DNA from: Lama glama
Lineage: Eukaryota
NCBI GenBank assembly: GCA_028534125.1
Contig: CM052818.1
Location: 44,456,001-44,520,000 of the forward strand
Reading direction: 5' to 3'
DNA length: 64,000 nucleotides
Made by a program: the position numbers and the translations under genes. Positions 39,224 to 52,231 of the stretch are shown piece by piece; positions within the stretch are counted from its first letter, which is position 1; every line of letters begins with the position of its first letter. The notes under the pieces are model-generated. The model saw only the letters and a program-made list of their open reading frames with translations. It was not told the origin of the DNA and made no database searches.

Positions 39224-39914
39224 AAACAGGAATCTCAAAAATGTTCATTTAAAATGAATGGGGAAAGTGACAATCCTATCTTAGCCTTGGATTAAAAAAG
39301 TAGGTCTATCACAGAGGGGTGAAAAAGGAGGCAGAAGATGAATAAGCCTCAGCCAACATTCGACTTAAGACAATTCCAGTTTTTCAGTTGTGTCCTCCTC
39401 TCTAGCCTCAGTTCAGAAGTAATTTATGTCATGAACAGACTGTCTGGGCCCCAGGTAAGTGTAACTACAGGTGAGAACTTAGAAGAATCAGCCACAGCCT
39501 CTGCCCTCCAAGAGTTCACAGCTGAACAGCAAAAGAACACACCACCTACCATGGAGCAGAGCAGACAGTCCTCAAGATGCAGGGGTGTCTTGGGAGCGGC
39601 TCTGGGCTGGGAGGCCTGAGTCCTGGGTTTGGGTTCTGACTGCATCCCTAATTCACTCCATAAATTTGGACAATTGCTTCCCCTCCCAAATTTCAACTGA
39701 CTCATCTATTAAAATAGATCAGGAAAAGTGCTGGGAAGGCGGCAATCATAAACTGGTCTTGGAGAAATGTTTAGAACACTGATGGATCCTGAGACGAGGT
39801 ATCAGGAGACACTCTTGTCAAAGGAGACAGGTGATACCCTTTCTGCTGAAGAGGAAGGGAAAGGTACAGGAAGGGAGAGACAGAAGGAAGAAGAGCAGAA
39901 GCAACACCACCTGA

Positions 39915-39960
39915 TTAATAAATAATAATAACAACAACAATAACAATAATAATAATAACA
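39915..39960. repeat. (AAT/AAC)n simple repeat at a MIR end
   Basis: Directly visible; adjacent antisense MIR at ~39960-40150. Confidence 0.85.
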
Positions 39961-40389
39961 TCTGCATAGCCCTTTACAGTGTACAGAGCAGTTCCATACA
40001 CACTGGCTCACTTAACTCTCGCAGCACAGCTAGGAGGCAGGGACCGGCATTTTAACCCATCTATGGACTCAGAGCTGATTGTACATCTAGTAAGTGGTGG
40101 AGCCAGGACTCACACTGAAGTCTGACAGCAAGCCCCACATCACACAACCACAATCGCAAGCTCAGGATGCTGCCACCACATGACGTAGTGTCCAAAGGAG
40201 GTCTGCATGCATGCCCTGGGCGTGTTAATGGCAACATGGTCTCCCAAGGCAATGATGGAGAACCATGCTATGTTCTGATCAGCCCAGGACCACTGCTTTC
40301 AGCTCTAGGTCCCATACTCATAAGGGAAATTGCATTGGAACATTTCAAAGGATGGTTAGAATTCCTAAAGCCAAGCAATGTTATTCACA

Positions 40390-41280
40390 TTTGAAGGATC
40401 ATGGGACATAGAAAAGACAGAGTGGGTGAACATTGTTTTAGAATATCTGAAGGGCTTTTCTATCAGCCAGAGACCCAACAGGAAACAGACAGCTTTATCT
40501 AATTAGGTTAAATTGAGGAAGATTTGTTTACAAAGGGACTGTTGGCAATGCAACAGGTACAGGGGAACCAAAAAAATAAGGCTCAAAGCAGAGAATCTGT
40601 CCCACCTAGACTTCTAGCACATGTAGAGAGGAACTCGTTCCTGAAACGGGAATAAAGTCATGTAGAGACAGTCTCCTTGAAAAAAATCAGTAACAATCAG
40701 TGAGGACAGAGCCAACCAGAGGGAACCCCAAGGCAGGCGCCTAGGAAATACTGACACTGGAACTCACTCTTCTCTCTCCTTTCAGTCTCCTGCCAGGACA
40801 CTCCTGTGGCCAAATCCAACCAGTAGTCAGAGCATCCAGGACCCCACGGAGGAAGCATACTGAATTCCACTCAGGTCAGCCTCCCAGGGCAGAGAGTGGA
40901 GTGAAAAGGGTGAAAGGAGGGCCTGGAGGGGCAAAGGGACATTATCAGACACAGCTGTTCTTGTGGAAGAATTAGACATGAGTGTGAGACCACAGGGAGA
41001 GTGGCAGGGGGGAGTGGAGAAGGAATTAGAACCAAGGAGATTTTACAAGGAAATGAATTATTAGCTAAATTTTAAAATAAGAAAAAAAAATTAATAGTCA
41101 AAGAGCACTGACTGGGAAGACTACTAGTTTCCACAAAGACAACTGAGTTCCCCACCTCTGAACTTCCAGTCCAGGTTAGACGGCTGGTGAGTCAGATTCT
41201 CTAGAGGAAATTCAGTGGCAAAGCGAAGCAAACGACTTGTAAAGTTTCTTCTAACCCTGATACTCCAACATTTTGTATTT
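40390..41280 (+). mobile_element. L3/CR1 3' fragment split by an LTR
   Basis: aatatctgaagggct | gctgttcttgtggaagaattagac rejoins to L3 text; ends with the CR1-type tail aaagtttcttctaaccctga. Confidence 0.65.
40459..40953 (-). mobile_element. ERVL solo LTR (LTR33/LTR41/LTR67-like)
   Basis: Minus strand starts tgtgtctgataatgtccctttgcccctccagg...ctgccctgggaggctgacc. Degenerate TSD gcttt/gctgt. Confidence 0.7.
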
Positions 41281-42999
41281 TTTTAAAAAGGAGATAAAAA
41301 GTAAAACAGAAGGGATTTTTTTAAATTAATCTAGGATTTCCCCCAATCTTCCTCCTCAATCTACTCCCAAATTAAGTATCTGCATTCACTGGGCCAGGAA
41401 GATAATAAAAGATGCTAACTGATTAAGAATGAGAGTTAAAGTTCTAATTAGGTAGAATTTTTAAGTCTTTTAGTTTTGTTTTTTTTTAACAGAACTCTTC
41501 CTTGTTTATTGTGACAACGAGATGACCCTGACAAGGAACAGGAATGTTCTTTTCTAGATCAAACAACTTCAGAAGACTACTTTCTTCATCATCTCAGGAA
41601 GGGTCACATTGCCTCACAAAACTTTCATCCATAATTTTCCCACAGTCTCTCTAAAGTTAAGTAGCAAATTACAGATAAGGGAGTAACTAACAAGTAATTT
41701 GCAAACTTTATTAACTTCTTATTTTTTCCCTCTTGTTTAACAAATAACAATAAGTGCCCTCCCCTTATTTACCAAGAGTCACACTGTCCAGGTTAGTTAA
41801 AATCTGGATTTGCTGATGCTTCAATTTCCTGAATTTCCAACGAATGCTTTAGGGAATTTTAGCAATCGCATAATTACCCATAATGTATTTTATATACTAG
41901 AGGCATCTCATGTGGGTTTTGTATTGAGTAATAGCAATGTTGTTTTGAGTGAATAATAGCTCAGTTAACTCCATTGTCACTGAGTAATTTACACTTAGTT
42001 AGAAAACTAAGAAGGTCATTTGGAATTGTGTGCGTTGAAATCTGCCGTATCTTGGTAACACAATGTGCTTTTCATTTTTCACAATGTCTTGAAGAATGGA
42101 ACTAATAAAGCTGATATTTCATGGTGTAGGGTGCAGACTAGCAGTTTAATGTAATGCTTCAGCTCACAATTCCTTTCGTACAAGGAACAGATTAATCTTT
42201 TCAACTGGAGAAAAAGACCACCCAAGGTTAACTGTGCAGGTGAGGTGTAAAAAAAAAATTTGGCTTACAACTGTTTTCTCCCAGAATTAATGTAACCAAT
42301 TGGCATATCTCCCAAACAAGCATGACAGAGTCAGAGGTCGATGGATTCCATTCCTATTCTAGGGAAACCATGAATTAATTCAGTTATGTTCAGCAAGCCA
42401 AAATATCGCAGCCATTAGGGGATCTTTTAGGAGCCATGGGTTTGATTTCTTTGTTCCTACGTAGTCACTGGAGAGCCGAAGACGTGATCTTGCGCTCAGC
42501 CCACATCACAGCATGTTAGCAAAGAGCCATTCCCGCCCAGGCAGCCCCAGGAGAAAAGCAAAAGGAACACGCGTGCCTGGCAAAACCGTCAAAATGTGAT
42601 TCTCAATGCAAGAATTTCACCTAATCACCAAGAAATTCTTGTCACCTACATAATCTCTCCTACCCTCACCCCGGTACAAAATGTTTAAGTACTACAGCAA
42701 AAAGCAACGCCTGCCTCTCCTCTGCACTCTCAGCAAACTCCACCTTCATCCATACATTTGTTCACACATCATTTCAGACACTCGCGGGCTCTGTGCCTGC
42801 ACCAGGCTGGAGGTCTTCAAAGACTCTCAGCTCATTCATGCACTGAACCTGCCACACATCTATGTCACTGTCTTGATCATCACTTTTTTGCATTTTCACT
42901 CCCTTCCAGCATTGCTGGTCCATGTACTTGCTAATGCAGCACAACTTACAGATGGGGAAACACACTCAGGTGGGTAACGGGCTTGTCCAGATTACCTGG

Positions 43000-43355
43000 T
43001 GCCTTAGTTCCCTCAGGCTGCTGTAACAAAGACACCAGAGACCAGCGGGTTTAAAACCAGCAGACATTTATTTCTCACCGTTCTGGAGGCTGGAAGTCCG
43101 AGATGAAGATGATGGCAGGCCCAATGTCAGGTGAGGACATTGCTTCCTGGTTCACAGACAACTGTCTTCTCACTGCCTCCCCACACGGGAGGGAGGAGGG
43201 AGCTCTCTGGGGTCTCTTTTATAGGGACACTAATCCCATTCATGAGGACTCCACCTTCATGACCTAATCACTCACTGAAGGCCCTGCCTCCCAATATCAT
43301 CACACTGGAGGTTGGGTTTCAACATACAAATTTGGGGGGCACATTCAGTCATGGT
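43000..43355 (-). mobile_element. MLT1A-like MaLR LTR
   Basis: gctgctgtaacaaagacacc...atttatttctcaccgttctggaggctggaagtccgagat...actaatcccattcatgagg. Confidence 0.88.
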
Positions 43356-43465
43356 ACCTGGTTACTAGTCACAGAGCTTAGGCAATACTCCATGTCAGTC
43401 TGACTAAAATTCCATGATCTTTCTACTGTACCAAACTGTTTCAAGCATTGTAGCTTCCCTGATAC

Positions 43466-43901
43466 TGTAGCACCGAGACAAGTGGGACCTGGGACCCAGG
43501 TGCGTGCACCCAAACGTCTCCTCGAGCAACAGGATACAAAGAAACTACAAGGGACTAAAAACAACTGCATACATGTGCAGTTGGGGCAAATAATGAACAA
43601 GATACAAAAAGACCAAAAAGCCAACTGCCACTTCTAGGGTGTCGGGAGAAAAAGCAGGGGACTGCACACAATCCCTGCACACAGCACCACCAAGGGGGTG
43701 GGCAGACCACCTAAGCTACCTCTCTAGCCTGATCCCTGGACTCACCCCTACCCTCACCCCATTTAAGAGACCAGCTCACCTCCCCTCAGGGAGCGAGCAA
43801 GGGCATCTGTTACTTGCTTTTACCCCCTCATGAGTCCCAACATAACGCTGCCTGAATTTTTCACCTGGCCCCATCAATTTCTAGAACCCTGGTGGGTAAC
43901 A
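43466..43901 (+). mobile_element. ERV1-type solo LTR (artiodactyl-type)
   Basis: TG...gggtaACA ends; atttaag TATA-like box; agagaccagctc...gggagcgagcaaggg. Family not assigned; TSD unclear. Confidence 0.7.
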
Positions 43902-43989
43902 GCAGCATCATTTTCTCATGGGCTCTAATAACAGTTTTATAGGAAACACATCCCAGACACTGTCCAGTGGACTCACACATACAAATGCC

Positions 43990-44650
43990 TGGTACTCACT
44001 GAGCACTTCCTGTGTGCCAGGCACTGTTCTAAGCACTTTATAGGCTGTTTACACACCATTCAATCCTTTCAAAAATCAAAAGGAAAGTTATCAGTATTAT
44101 CCTCATTCAATAGATGAGAAGAATGAGGCACAGAGGGATTAAGAAACTTTCCCAACATTACACTAGCTAGGAAGTGACAAAGTTGAGATTCAAAACCAGG
44201 TAGTGTGACTCCAGAGTCTGTGCTTTTATTTTTTTAATAACATTTTTTATAGATTTATAATCATTTTACAAGGTTGTGTCAAATTCCAGTGTTCAGCACA
44301 ATTTTTCAGTCATACATGGACATATACACACTCATTGTCACATTTTTTTCTCTGTGAGCTACCATAAGATTTTGTGTATATCTCCCTGTGCTATACAGTA
44401 TAATCTCGTCTATCTATTCTACAATTTTGAAATCCCAGTCTATCCCTTCCCACCCTCCACCCCCCTGGCAACCACAAGTCTGTATTCTATGTCTATGAGT
44501 CTATTTCTGTCCTGTATTTACACTTTGTTTTTTTGTTTGTTTTTGTTTTTGTTTTTTAGATTCCACATGAGCGATCTCATATGGTATTTTTCTTTCTCTT
44601 TCTGGCTTACTTCCAGAGTCTGTGCTTTTAACCTCTGCACCACCCTCCAT
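43990..44650 (-). mobile_element. MIR SINE, split by a young L1
   Basis: tgagcacttcctgtgtgccaggcactgttctaagcacttt...agatgagaagaatgaggcacagag...gactccagagtctgtgctttta|acc. Confidence 0.85.
44229..44611 (-). mobile_element. 5'-truncated young L1 3' end
   Basis: Antisense L1 3'UTR (ttagattccacatgagcgatctcatatggtatttttctttctctttctggcttact). Exact 19-bp TSD tccagagtctgtgctttta at 44210-44228 and 44612-44630. Confidence 0.95.
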
Positions 44651-45419
44651 CAACATCTGGGGTCATCAGCCACCATTTACTAAATGCCTTCTGTGCGCCA
44701 TCACTGCACAGGTCCTGGGTACCCAAAAGTTAATGAGAGAGTGTGGTTCTTTCTGTGCTAGAATTTAGAGCAAAGAGGAAGAGAGAGATATTAAACAAGT
44801 AAGAGCTATGGAGGAAAAGATACACTGAGAAAAAAAAATGACGCAGAGGTGAGGGACAATATCCTTTTTAGACTGAGTGGTCAGAAAACGTTTCTTGGAT
44901 CTAATTTGATGAGATTCAGTGCTTCAGAGAAATACAAATGATGGGCAGGAAGGACACAGATTCTCCCTTCACAGTTCATTTCCTCAGCCTGAGTTTGCAT
45001 CTCAGTCTGGATCCTTCCTAGCTCTGTGGTTTTGAATATATTACCTCTTTGATATACCATATTCTCATCTAGAAAAGAGAAGTAATAATAATGCTGTGAT
45101 GTTTATAATGTAGAGAAGGACCGAGTTCAGTCCTTGCTACACAGTAAATGCTAAACAAAGGTCTGATCTTTCCTTTCTTTCTCCTTATTAGCCTCATCAG
45201 CCAAACCACTGCTGGAGCCCTGGTACCAATGGAGGGGGGGATTTTCATGGGAATGTTTCAGCTCAGTCACCCTCACACCCTAATCCTCTCAGCCAGGCAT
45301 GGACCTGCCCCATTAGCGTCTGAAATAAAACCAACCTGAGTGTCAGAGCTGAATATAGCGCTGTGAAGGCCATGTGGGCAGAGTGAAGCCATCTTCTTTT
45401 CCATGTCTGCCCTCAAGTA

Positions 45420-45795
45420 GTATACCCATCAGGACAAGCTTGGTTCTGGGGCAGTCACAGGAAGAAACAACCCCAAATGCCCAGAGACTTAAAACAACAA
45501 AAGTTGACTTCTCGCTTGTGCTACATGTCACCGTGACCAACTGGGAGACTCTGGGGGAAGCCATCCTCATTCAGGGACCTGGGCTGAGAGAAACTCTCCC
45601 CTGTTTCCATGATGCTGAGACTGGACAGAGCAGATGGTTAATGGAACACAGCCTCATACATATAACTTCTGCCCACATTTTCTCATCTGTGACAAGTCCC
45701 ATGTCCACACCTAATTTCAAGGGGCCAGGGAAGCGCAATCCCACCAAGGGCCTGGAAGAGCGAGAAACAGACTGTCTACAGCTCCAATGACCCCG
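45420..45795 (-). mobile_element. MLT1J/K-like MaLR LTR
   Basis: aacaaccccaaat...cttaaaacaacaaaagttgacttctcgct...acttctgcccacatt...cacacctaatttcaagggg. Confidence 0.72.
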
Positions 45796-47325
45796 CCAAG
45801 AGTTTAAAAAGATACTGCACAGCCCACGAAGAAGGATCCCACCCGTCTCTCTCCCCAGGAGGTTTGAAACTGCTTCCTTCAAGCACTGTCAGTTGTCCAC
45901 CCAGCAGGCTCTCCGCCTCGGGAGAAGCTCCCCGTTATCCAGAGCTTTGCGAACATTTCCACCATAACAGCCCCACCAGCAAGAAAGACAGAACTCATAC
46001 CTCCACGCGTCTGAGCACAAAAGGGACCTCCTACTGGTGTGCAGCTTCCATGAAGCCTTATGTTTTATCCAGAAGTTCATGCGAATCTTGCATCCTACTC
46101 TATTACATACCACTGTGTCACTGAATATCAAAACTGGTGCTTCCAGAAGGTGTGCAGTGCTTATCCTGTGTTTTTGTATTACCAGGTAATCATCACTTCA
46201 TACTTCTAAAAAAGCTTAGTGGCAGATCCCTGACATCCCAAAAATTTATTCTTGAAATTTTCACAAATTGCCAACATCTCAAAATCACTTTTTTTAAACT
46301 TACATCACTTTTCTTTCTCTGGATTAAAACACTACCATTTATTGAGAACCTATTATGTGCCAAGCATGATCTCATTTTCTCATTCCATACGGTATTTACA
46401 TCAAATCATTCCATTCTCATGACAGTTCTCTAAGAAAGGGACCACATGACTGCAGTAGAGGAGGTAGAGGCTCAGGAAGGTCAATGATAGGTCAGAGCCA
46501 CAAAAGAGGCAAGAAGGATGTGAATCCCGTTCTGAAAGTCTCTGAATTCCCACCTTTTCCCAGTACAACCATATTCCCTCCTAACTAGGGCTTAGAAATC
46601 AACCTCATATCCACAACAATGCAAAAGAGAATCTACAGCACCAACTGTGTCTCCTTCCATCTCTAGCACACATGGAGAAAGAACACTATTACTTCGCGGG
46701 AAGCACTCTGTAGCTACCTGGAAACACAGGAGCTGGACCAAGACGGCCCTGCTCATCAATCCACCATGCAAATCATGGTCATATATCAGCCTCATGGCCA
46801 CTGGGATTCAAATTCGTGGGGAAGACACAAACTACCACACAGCATGGACCTCCGGAGTGTCTGGTGATGAGTCCAATGGGGCCTACAAAAGACAAAGAAG
46901 AGCATGGCCTCCGCTTCCCGGTCAGGATGATGAGAGGCTCAGGCCAGCAGTAAGAAGAAAAGCAGTGGGTGTGTGTCACGGTTTTCCTGGTGGGCTCAGA
47001 GCATCACCAGGAGGCTCCCAAGGGCCTTTGCCAAGCAGCCTTGTGTCACTTAAACGGACCCCGGAGGCAGCTGATACAAGCTTAGCTGGTGAGGAAAACG
47101 TCGCACCGCAGATCAGCTCAACCTGTCAGTTCTGGTTCCAGAGACAGACAGCCTTTCTTAACATTGTTCTGCTAAGTGGCAAAGCCACTATAACCTACAT
47201 CTTTCAAGAGATCGGTCAAAAATGGATCGCTAAACATGAAAGCAATGGCTGTTATCAAAAAAGAAAAATAGAGTAAACAAACGAAAAATTTTAAACCCTT
47301 TCCTGTCAAAAAAAAAATTCCTCCA

Positions 47326-47457
47326 GGGGGAGGGAGGGTACAGCTCAAGTGGTAGAGAGCACGCTTGGCATGCACGAAGTCCTGGGTTCAATCCCCAGTA
47401 CCTCCTCTAAACTAAAAAAATAAACCTAATTACTTCCCCCCAGCCACAAAAAAAAAA
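47326..47457 (+). mobile_element. tRNA-derived SINE, camelid vic-1-like
   Basis: gggagggtacagctcaagtggtagag...gcatgcacgaagtcctgggttcaatccccagtacctcc; aaacctaattacttcccc; A tail. Same family as 7791. Confidence 0.9.
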
Positions 47458-47479
47458 CCTCTTTTTTTTAATCCCCCAA

Positions 47480-48330
47480 ACAAAATTAAAAGGCAAATGA
47501 CAACCTAAGTAGGAAAACATTTGTAACTTAAGTGATAATGTGTCAGTAACATTAATGTAGGATAATTTATGCAAATTGATGTAAAATGCACATCTTTTTT
47601 TAAGGAAAAGGAAATTCACAGAAGAACTATAAATGGTCAATAACCATTTCTCAAATGTTTATCCTTACTAGCTACCAGGAATGTAAATTAAAATAAGGTA
47701 CCATTTTTTGCCTAATTGGCAAAAAAATCATTTTTCTCTTTTTGAGATAATACTTAGTGATTTTAAGGGTGCCACAATGCAGGCCCTCTTCCACAGGGCT
47801 GTGAGAGACTTAATTCCATAAGAGCAATTAGCAATGTGTATGAAAAGCCCCATGAATGTTATCTTCTTTGACCCAGTAATTCACTTCCAGGAATCTGTCC
47901 TAGGAAAATCACCAGAAATGTGGATAAAGATTTACATTTCAGAGTTTTCAATATACTGTTATTTATAATAACTAAAAACAAACAGAAATGGAAACAACTT
48001 AAACAGCAAAAAATTTTTAAATTAATATATTTAAGTCAGGATCAGGATAAATATGGGGGAGAAATACAACAGAATATCAAAATGTATTGTATTTTCAATA
48101 ATTTGGTGACATGGGGAAATGCTCATAATGTCAATTAAAAAGGCAGGCTCTGATATCATTCTTCTAGAAGAAAACAGCACACAGATGTATATATCACACA
48201 CTCAGTCCTGCCTCCTATGCCCGTAACACAGGAGGAAACACTAAATATGGACATGATTATCTCTGAATGGTACATTACAGATGACTTTTTCCTTCTTTAG
48301 ATTCTTCTCTCTCCTCCATTTGCCAAACTA
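47480..48330 (+). mobile_element. Old L1 (L1ME-like) ORF2 end and 3'UTR
   Basis: aaggaaattcacagaagaa...ctttgacccagtaattcacttccaggaatctgtcctaggaaaat...aaatggaaacaacttaaa. Confidence 0.75.
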
Positions 48331-48399
48331 ACATAATATATAAAATACATAAGATATATAAATATACATATTCATTTTTACATTAAAAAAGTGTTTTGA

Positions 48400-48835
48400 A
48401 AACAGAATGCATAGACTGACACCACTGCCGTAAGTTCCTCCCTCCCTGCGTCCATGCCCTTGGGCCACGTCTTACAGCACTTATTCTGAGTCTCGTCATG
48501 TAACCTGGGCAGTGGGATGTGACGCAAAGACTATTACACACCAGAGCATGTCTTACCTTGCTGCTCTGGGGGCCTATAACAACCACTGTGTGACAGAGCC
48601 TGAGTCTGTCTGTGGGGTGATGAGAGACACATGGCCCAGTTACCCCACTGCCCCAGCCAGAAGTCAGCTAACCTCCAGAAACAGAGCTGCCTCACCAACC
48701 AGCACACTGGAAAACCACCCACCTGAGCCCAGCCCAACTGCCAAGCCAGAGAATCATCAAATAAATACACTGTGATTGCTTTAACCCACTATGATTTGGG
48801 ATGGTTTAACAATAACAAAAAATTAATAAATGACA
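48400..48835 (+). mobile_element. MLT1 (F/G/H-like) MaLR LTR
   Basis: cacctgagcccagcccaactgcc...cagagaatcat...gattgctttaacccactatgatttgggatggttt. Confidence 0.7.
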
Positions 48836-49654
48836 TAGGAAGGAGATGTACTCTAGTAGTAAAGTGAGAAAATCCTAGGTTTCTGAATTGAGCACTTTAC
48901 TTGGCCTCCCGGTGACTCTGTTTTAAACTCTGACATGGGAATAGTACCACATGCTTCCCTGTGCAGTTGTGAGAATCACAGGAGTTCCTGTACATGAAAG
49001 CCTGACATATAGTTAGGCTAAATTACTATTAATTACTAGGAATTGTTACGAAAGAAGCCCTTGAGGACATTAAGAACACATCCTCAGTGGTGATTCAGGA
49101 TATATCCATCTCCACAGTTTAGGAGTGGGCTAAAAACATTATTTTAGTTGTCAAAGGATTTTATATTTACGAGCAAAGGATAAAGCCTTGGGCTGCAAAC
49201 TGGGAGTGTGAGTTCTACATCCTAATTCTTCTGCTGACTCAAGAATGTGACCTAGGATGCTTTTTTTTAATACAGCGATTAATTCCTAAGTAGTGGCCCC
49301 CTGGGTCTGAGCCAATTGCATGAAAGCAGGGGAAGAGCTCTAGTCAGGTTATTTCAGACGTAAAGCTTGAAGACCAGTCTCCTTACCTGGACTTTTACAA
49401 ACTGGTGTCAACCTACTTCTCCTGCTGCTCACAGCCCAACCCACCCCATGTGCTTAGCACTTCAACCAAATAAGACAGCCTGATCGTCCCCAGACTGAGT
49501 GCATGACTACTGTACTTTCCTTATTCTGTTCCTGTGCTTGGAATGTCTTTTCCTATAATCAAATTTCCACGCATCCTTCAAGATCTACCCCCCGGAAGAC
49601 TCCTCTGAGTTCCCAGACAAAAGTATCTCCTTCGCTTGTGTTACCACAGTAATT

Positions 49655-50045
49655 AATCTTAGGTCAGGTTCTCTAGAAGCAGGGACTAAGGTAGGAATCT
49701 TTGTGCCAGTGATCCATTATGGGAGGGCTCTCAGAAGGACCCTCACAGAGGAGAGGGAAGAAGACAATACAATGCAGAAAGCTAAGCAGAGATCTAGGAT
49801 CAGCTGAAGTCCATGTGGAATATAAATTAAACCCCCGAGTTGTCCCAGCTTGAGGCCAGAGGTCAGTCTGGTCTTCTGTATCCTCACATCAGTCAACCAT
49901 TGGCTGGAAGCCATCCTCCAGGGGAGACCATAACCTTCCAAGTATTTCTAGGGCTGCACCCACTATCCAAGGCAATTTCTGGATTCAGCTTTAGCCAAGA
50001 ATGAGTTATCAGGTAAGAGGAATCTAGATGGACATCAACAACACA
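49655..50045 (-). mobile_element. LTR16-like 3' LTR of an ERVL
   Basis: tcttaggtcaggttctctagaagcag at one end. On the minus strand the LTR start TGT is preceded by the ERVL purine tract AGGGGTGGAC (50046-50055). Confidence 0.75.
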
Positions 50046-50735
50046 GTCCACCCCTCCACCACTCAATTCCCTGCAGTCCCCTGCCTCCTACATGAAGCTC
50101 ACTCTATTCAGGCACAGCTTCTTCAGGATTCTGATTGGTCAAATTTCCTGGGGAAACTTACAAGAGAGAGGCTGTTGCAGTTTCCAAGGTCCCATGTGAA
50201 ACACATCATCTCCTGCCTCCACCACCCACAGTTTCCCATCACCTTCACTAGCACGGCTGATCTATGTGGACCTTCCTGAGGGAGATCAGACCTTCCCCTA
50301 AGGGGGTCTGAGCCCCTATTAAGCCACAGCTGTGGAATTTGACCATTTACTGTTAAAACTGAGTGTGAGGGTGCAAAGAGACACCCGGGGATCACCTCAA
50401 CACCAAACGTATTTCCCCTGCAGATCCTCTTCCTCATGATGAGCACAATGACCTCTACCAACAGTGTAACTCCTTTCTTTGCCTGACAGTTATTTATACA
50501 AAGAGCCCCAAACGGCCAGCAGATGCTGTAACTTGAAGTCTACTGGGCTCCTGCTGTATTCCCTGGGGATGACATCACCACTCTGGGACCCAAGACCTCT
50601 AGACCCTCAGAGCCCAAAGACGTAGACAAGACAGGAAGCACAAACTCCCCCCATGGGTTACCAGGGGTGATGGTGAGCATGGCCACTCCTGCTTCCGCCC
50701 CTTAATTCCTAGACTCACATGATCTATCTATCCCA
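50046..50735 (-). mobile_element. ERVL internal relic: end of pol plus dUTPase-like region
   Basis: Minus frame SRN*GAEAGVAMLTITPGNPWGEFVLPVLSTSLGSEGLEVLGP...AKKGVTLL...TVNG matches ERVL GSRNQGVEMGVAPLTITPSDPL...GLEVLVP...AKKGVTVL...KVNG. Confidence 0.85.
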
Positions 50736-51738
50736 CAGCGTGCCTCACTCCAGGGACTGGAGTCTGTCTTCTCATGCCCCTTTGTTCAAAGGCTCCTTCA
50801 GGGCCAGGTCTATTTTTCCTGATCTCTGCACATATAACTACTCACATAGCCCGGCATACAGTGAGGGTGACACATAGAGGAGAAAAGTGCTTTCTTGTAC
50901 CACAGACATGCCTCTGGATGGCTGGACTCACAAAACATCAGCTCAATGGTCCTAATACCTGGACAGTGACAATGGTTCAGAATGTTAAATTGGGACCACC
51001 TCAGGATACCTGCAAGACAAATGGCTACCCAGTTTTGGGTAGTTTCTTAAAGTGCTGGCAAAATTAAAAATACCTGGGGCAGTGTATGTGGGGTCAGGAA
51101 GAGGGAGGAAGATGCCAAAGGCCAGAGTTTCCAAGGGCCCTGATCCCAGGAAAATCAGACGTTGCAGATGAGATCCATTTCCCTGCCAGGCAAGGCTCCC
51201 CTTAGATGGGAAACAGGGCTGAGACAGTCATCTGGGGCCACAGCAATGGCAGATCTCCGTCCCCAGGACCACATCTGTTCGAGCTCTGGGAATGGGAGGT
51301 AATATGGCAGAGGAGTAACTATGGAAAGTGCTGGACGAGGACCAGCCAACCCTGGATACCCTGCCTTGGCCAGAAGGGGGCTGGAAAGGAAGCAGAAGCA
51401 GAACAATTGGGAAAGGTCTAAAAACCACAGGAGTCTGATGAACAAAGCCAAGAGCCTGCCCAGTGATGCAATTCATGGGAGGCAAAAAAAGAAAGAAAAG
51501 GGAAAAAAATAAGAAAATAAGAAAATAAAAGAACCCTCCAATCCTAGCCGGGAGCATTCATCATTCAGCGTGACCTTCCAGGAATCTGCTGACAGACACG
51601 AAGTGTTTTGTGTGACTTTCTGCCTGGGACCTGGAATGACTGAGAAGGGGAGGAAGGCAGGGAAGGGGCTGGAGTGTAGGGGAGGCTGGCAAGGAAGGGG
51701 GGGGAGCAGTCCTGCCTTGTAACTGGCAGAGTTGTAAG

Positions 51739-51752
51739 GCGCCATCTGCTGG
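51739..51752 (-). promoter_or_regulatory. CTCF consensus site
   Basis: Minus strand CCAGCAGATGGCGC fully matches CCASYAGRKGGCRC, in apparently unique sequence. Confidence 0.6.
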
Positions 51753-52231
51753 TGACATGAGGAACCACACCCATTTCCCTGCCCAAAGTAAAACAATGTT
51801 TCCGAGAGAAGGTAGGTGTGACAGACAAACAAAAAACAGATATCCACCTCTGATGAGCAGATGCTTCCAAATCCCTTTCATCTCCTTTGAACGTTACATT
51901 CCTGCTAGGTGAGAACTGCTTTGCTAGTCTTACAGATGGGAAACTGAGGTCCAGGGAGATGATTCATTTAACCCATGGTGAGATGAGGAATTGGTTGTCA
52001 TTGAAGAATCCTTCCCCTTTCTGAAATCACAGCAGCTGTAAAAGTTCCTGGAGCATAAACGCTGAGTAAATGACTGCACAAGGCTCGAGTAACTGGGTCT
52101 TTCTGTAATTTGTTTGTATGAATCCAACAGAATAGAAAAGAGTAAATGCAAAAGTAAGAACAACAGTTGTGTTTGTAGATGGTGCTCAGGAAATACTCAC
52201 AGCTGTCCTCGGGGGTGTTGACTAGCCAAAC

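Noticed and set aside
46647..47276. 209-aa ORF
   Set aside because: Non-ATG start and no recognisable homology.
47326..47410. Possible tRNA genes here and at ~7810-7880
   Set aside because: tRNA-like heads continue into the SINE body and A tail (with TSD at 7791), so they are SINEs.
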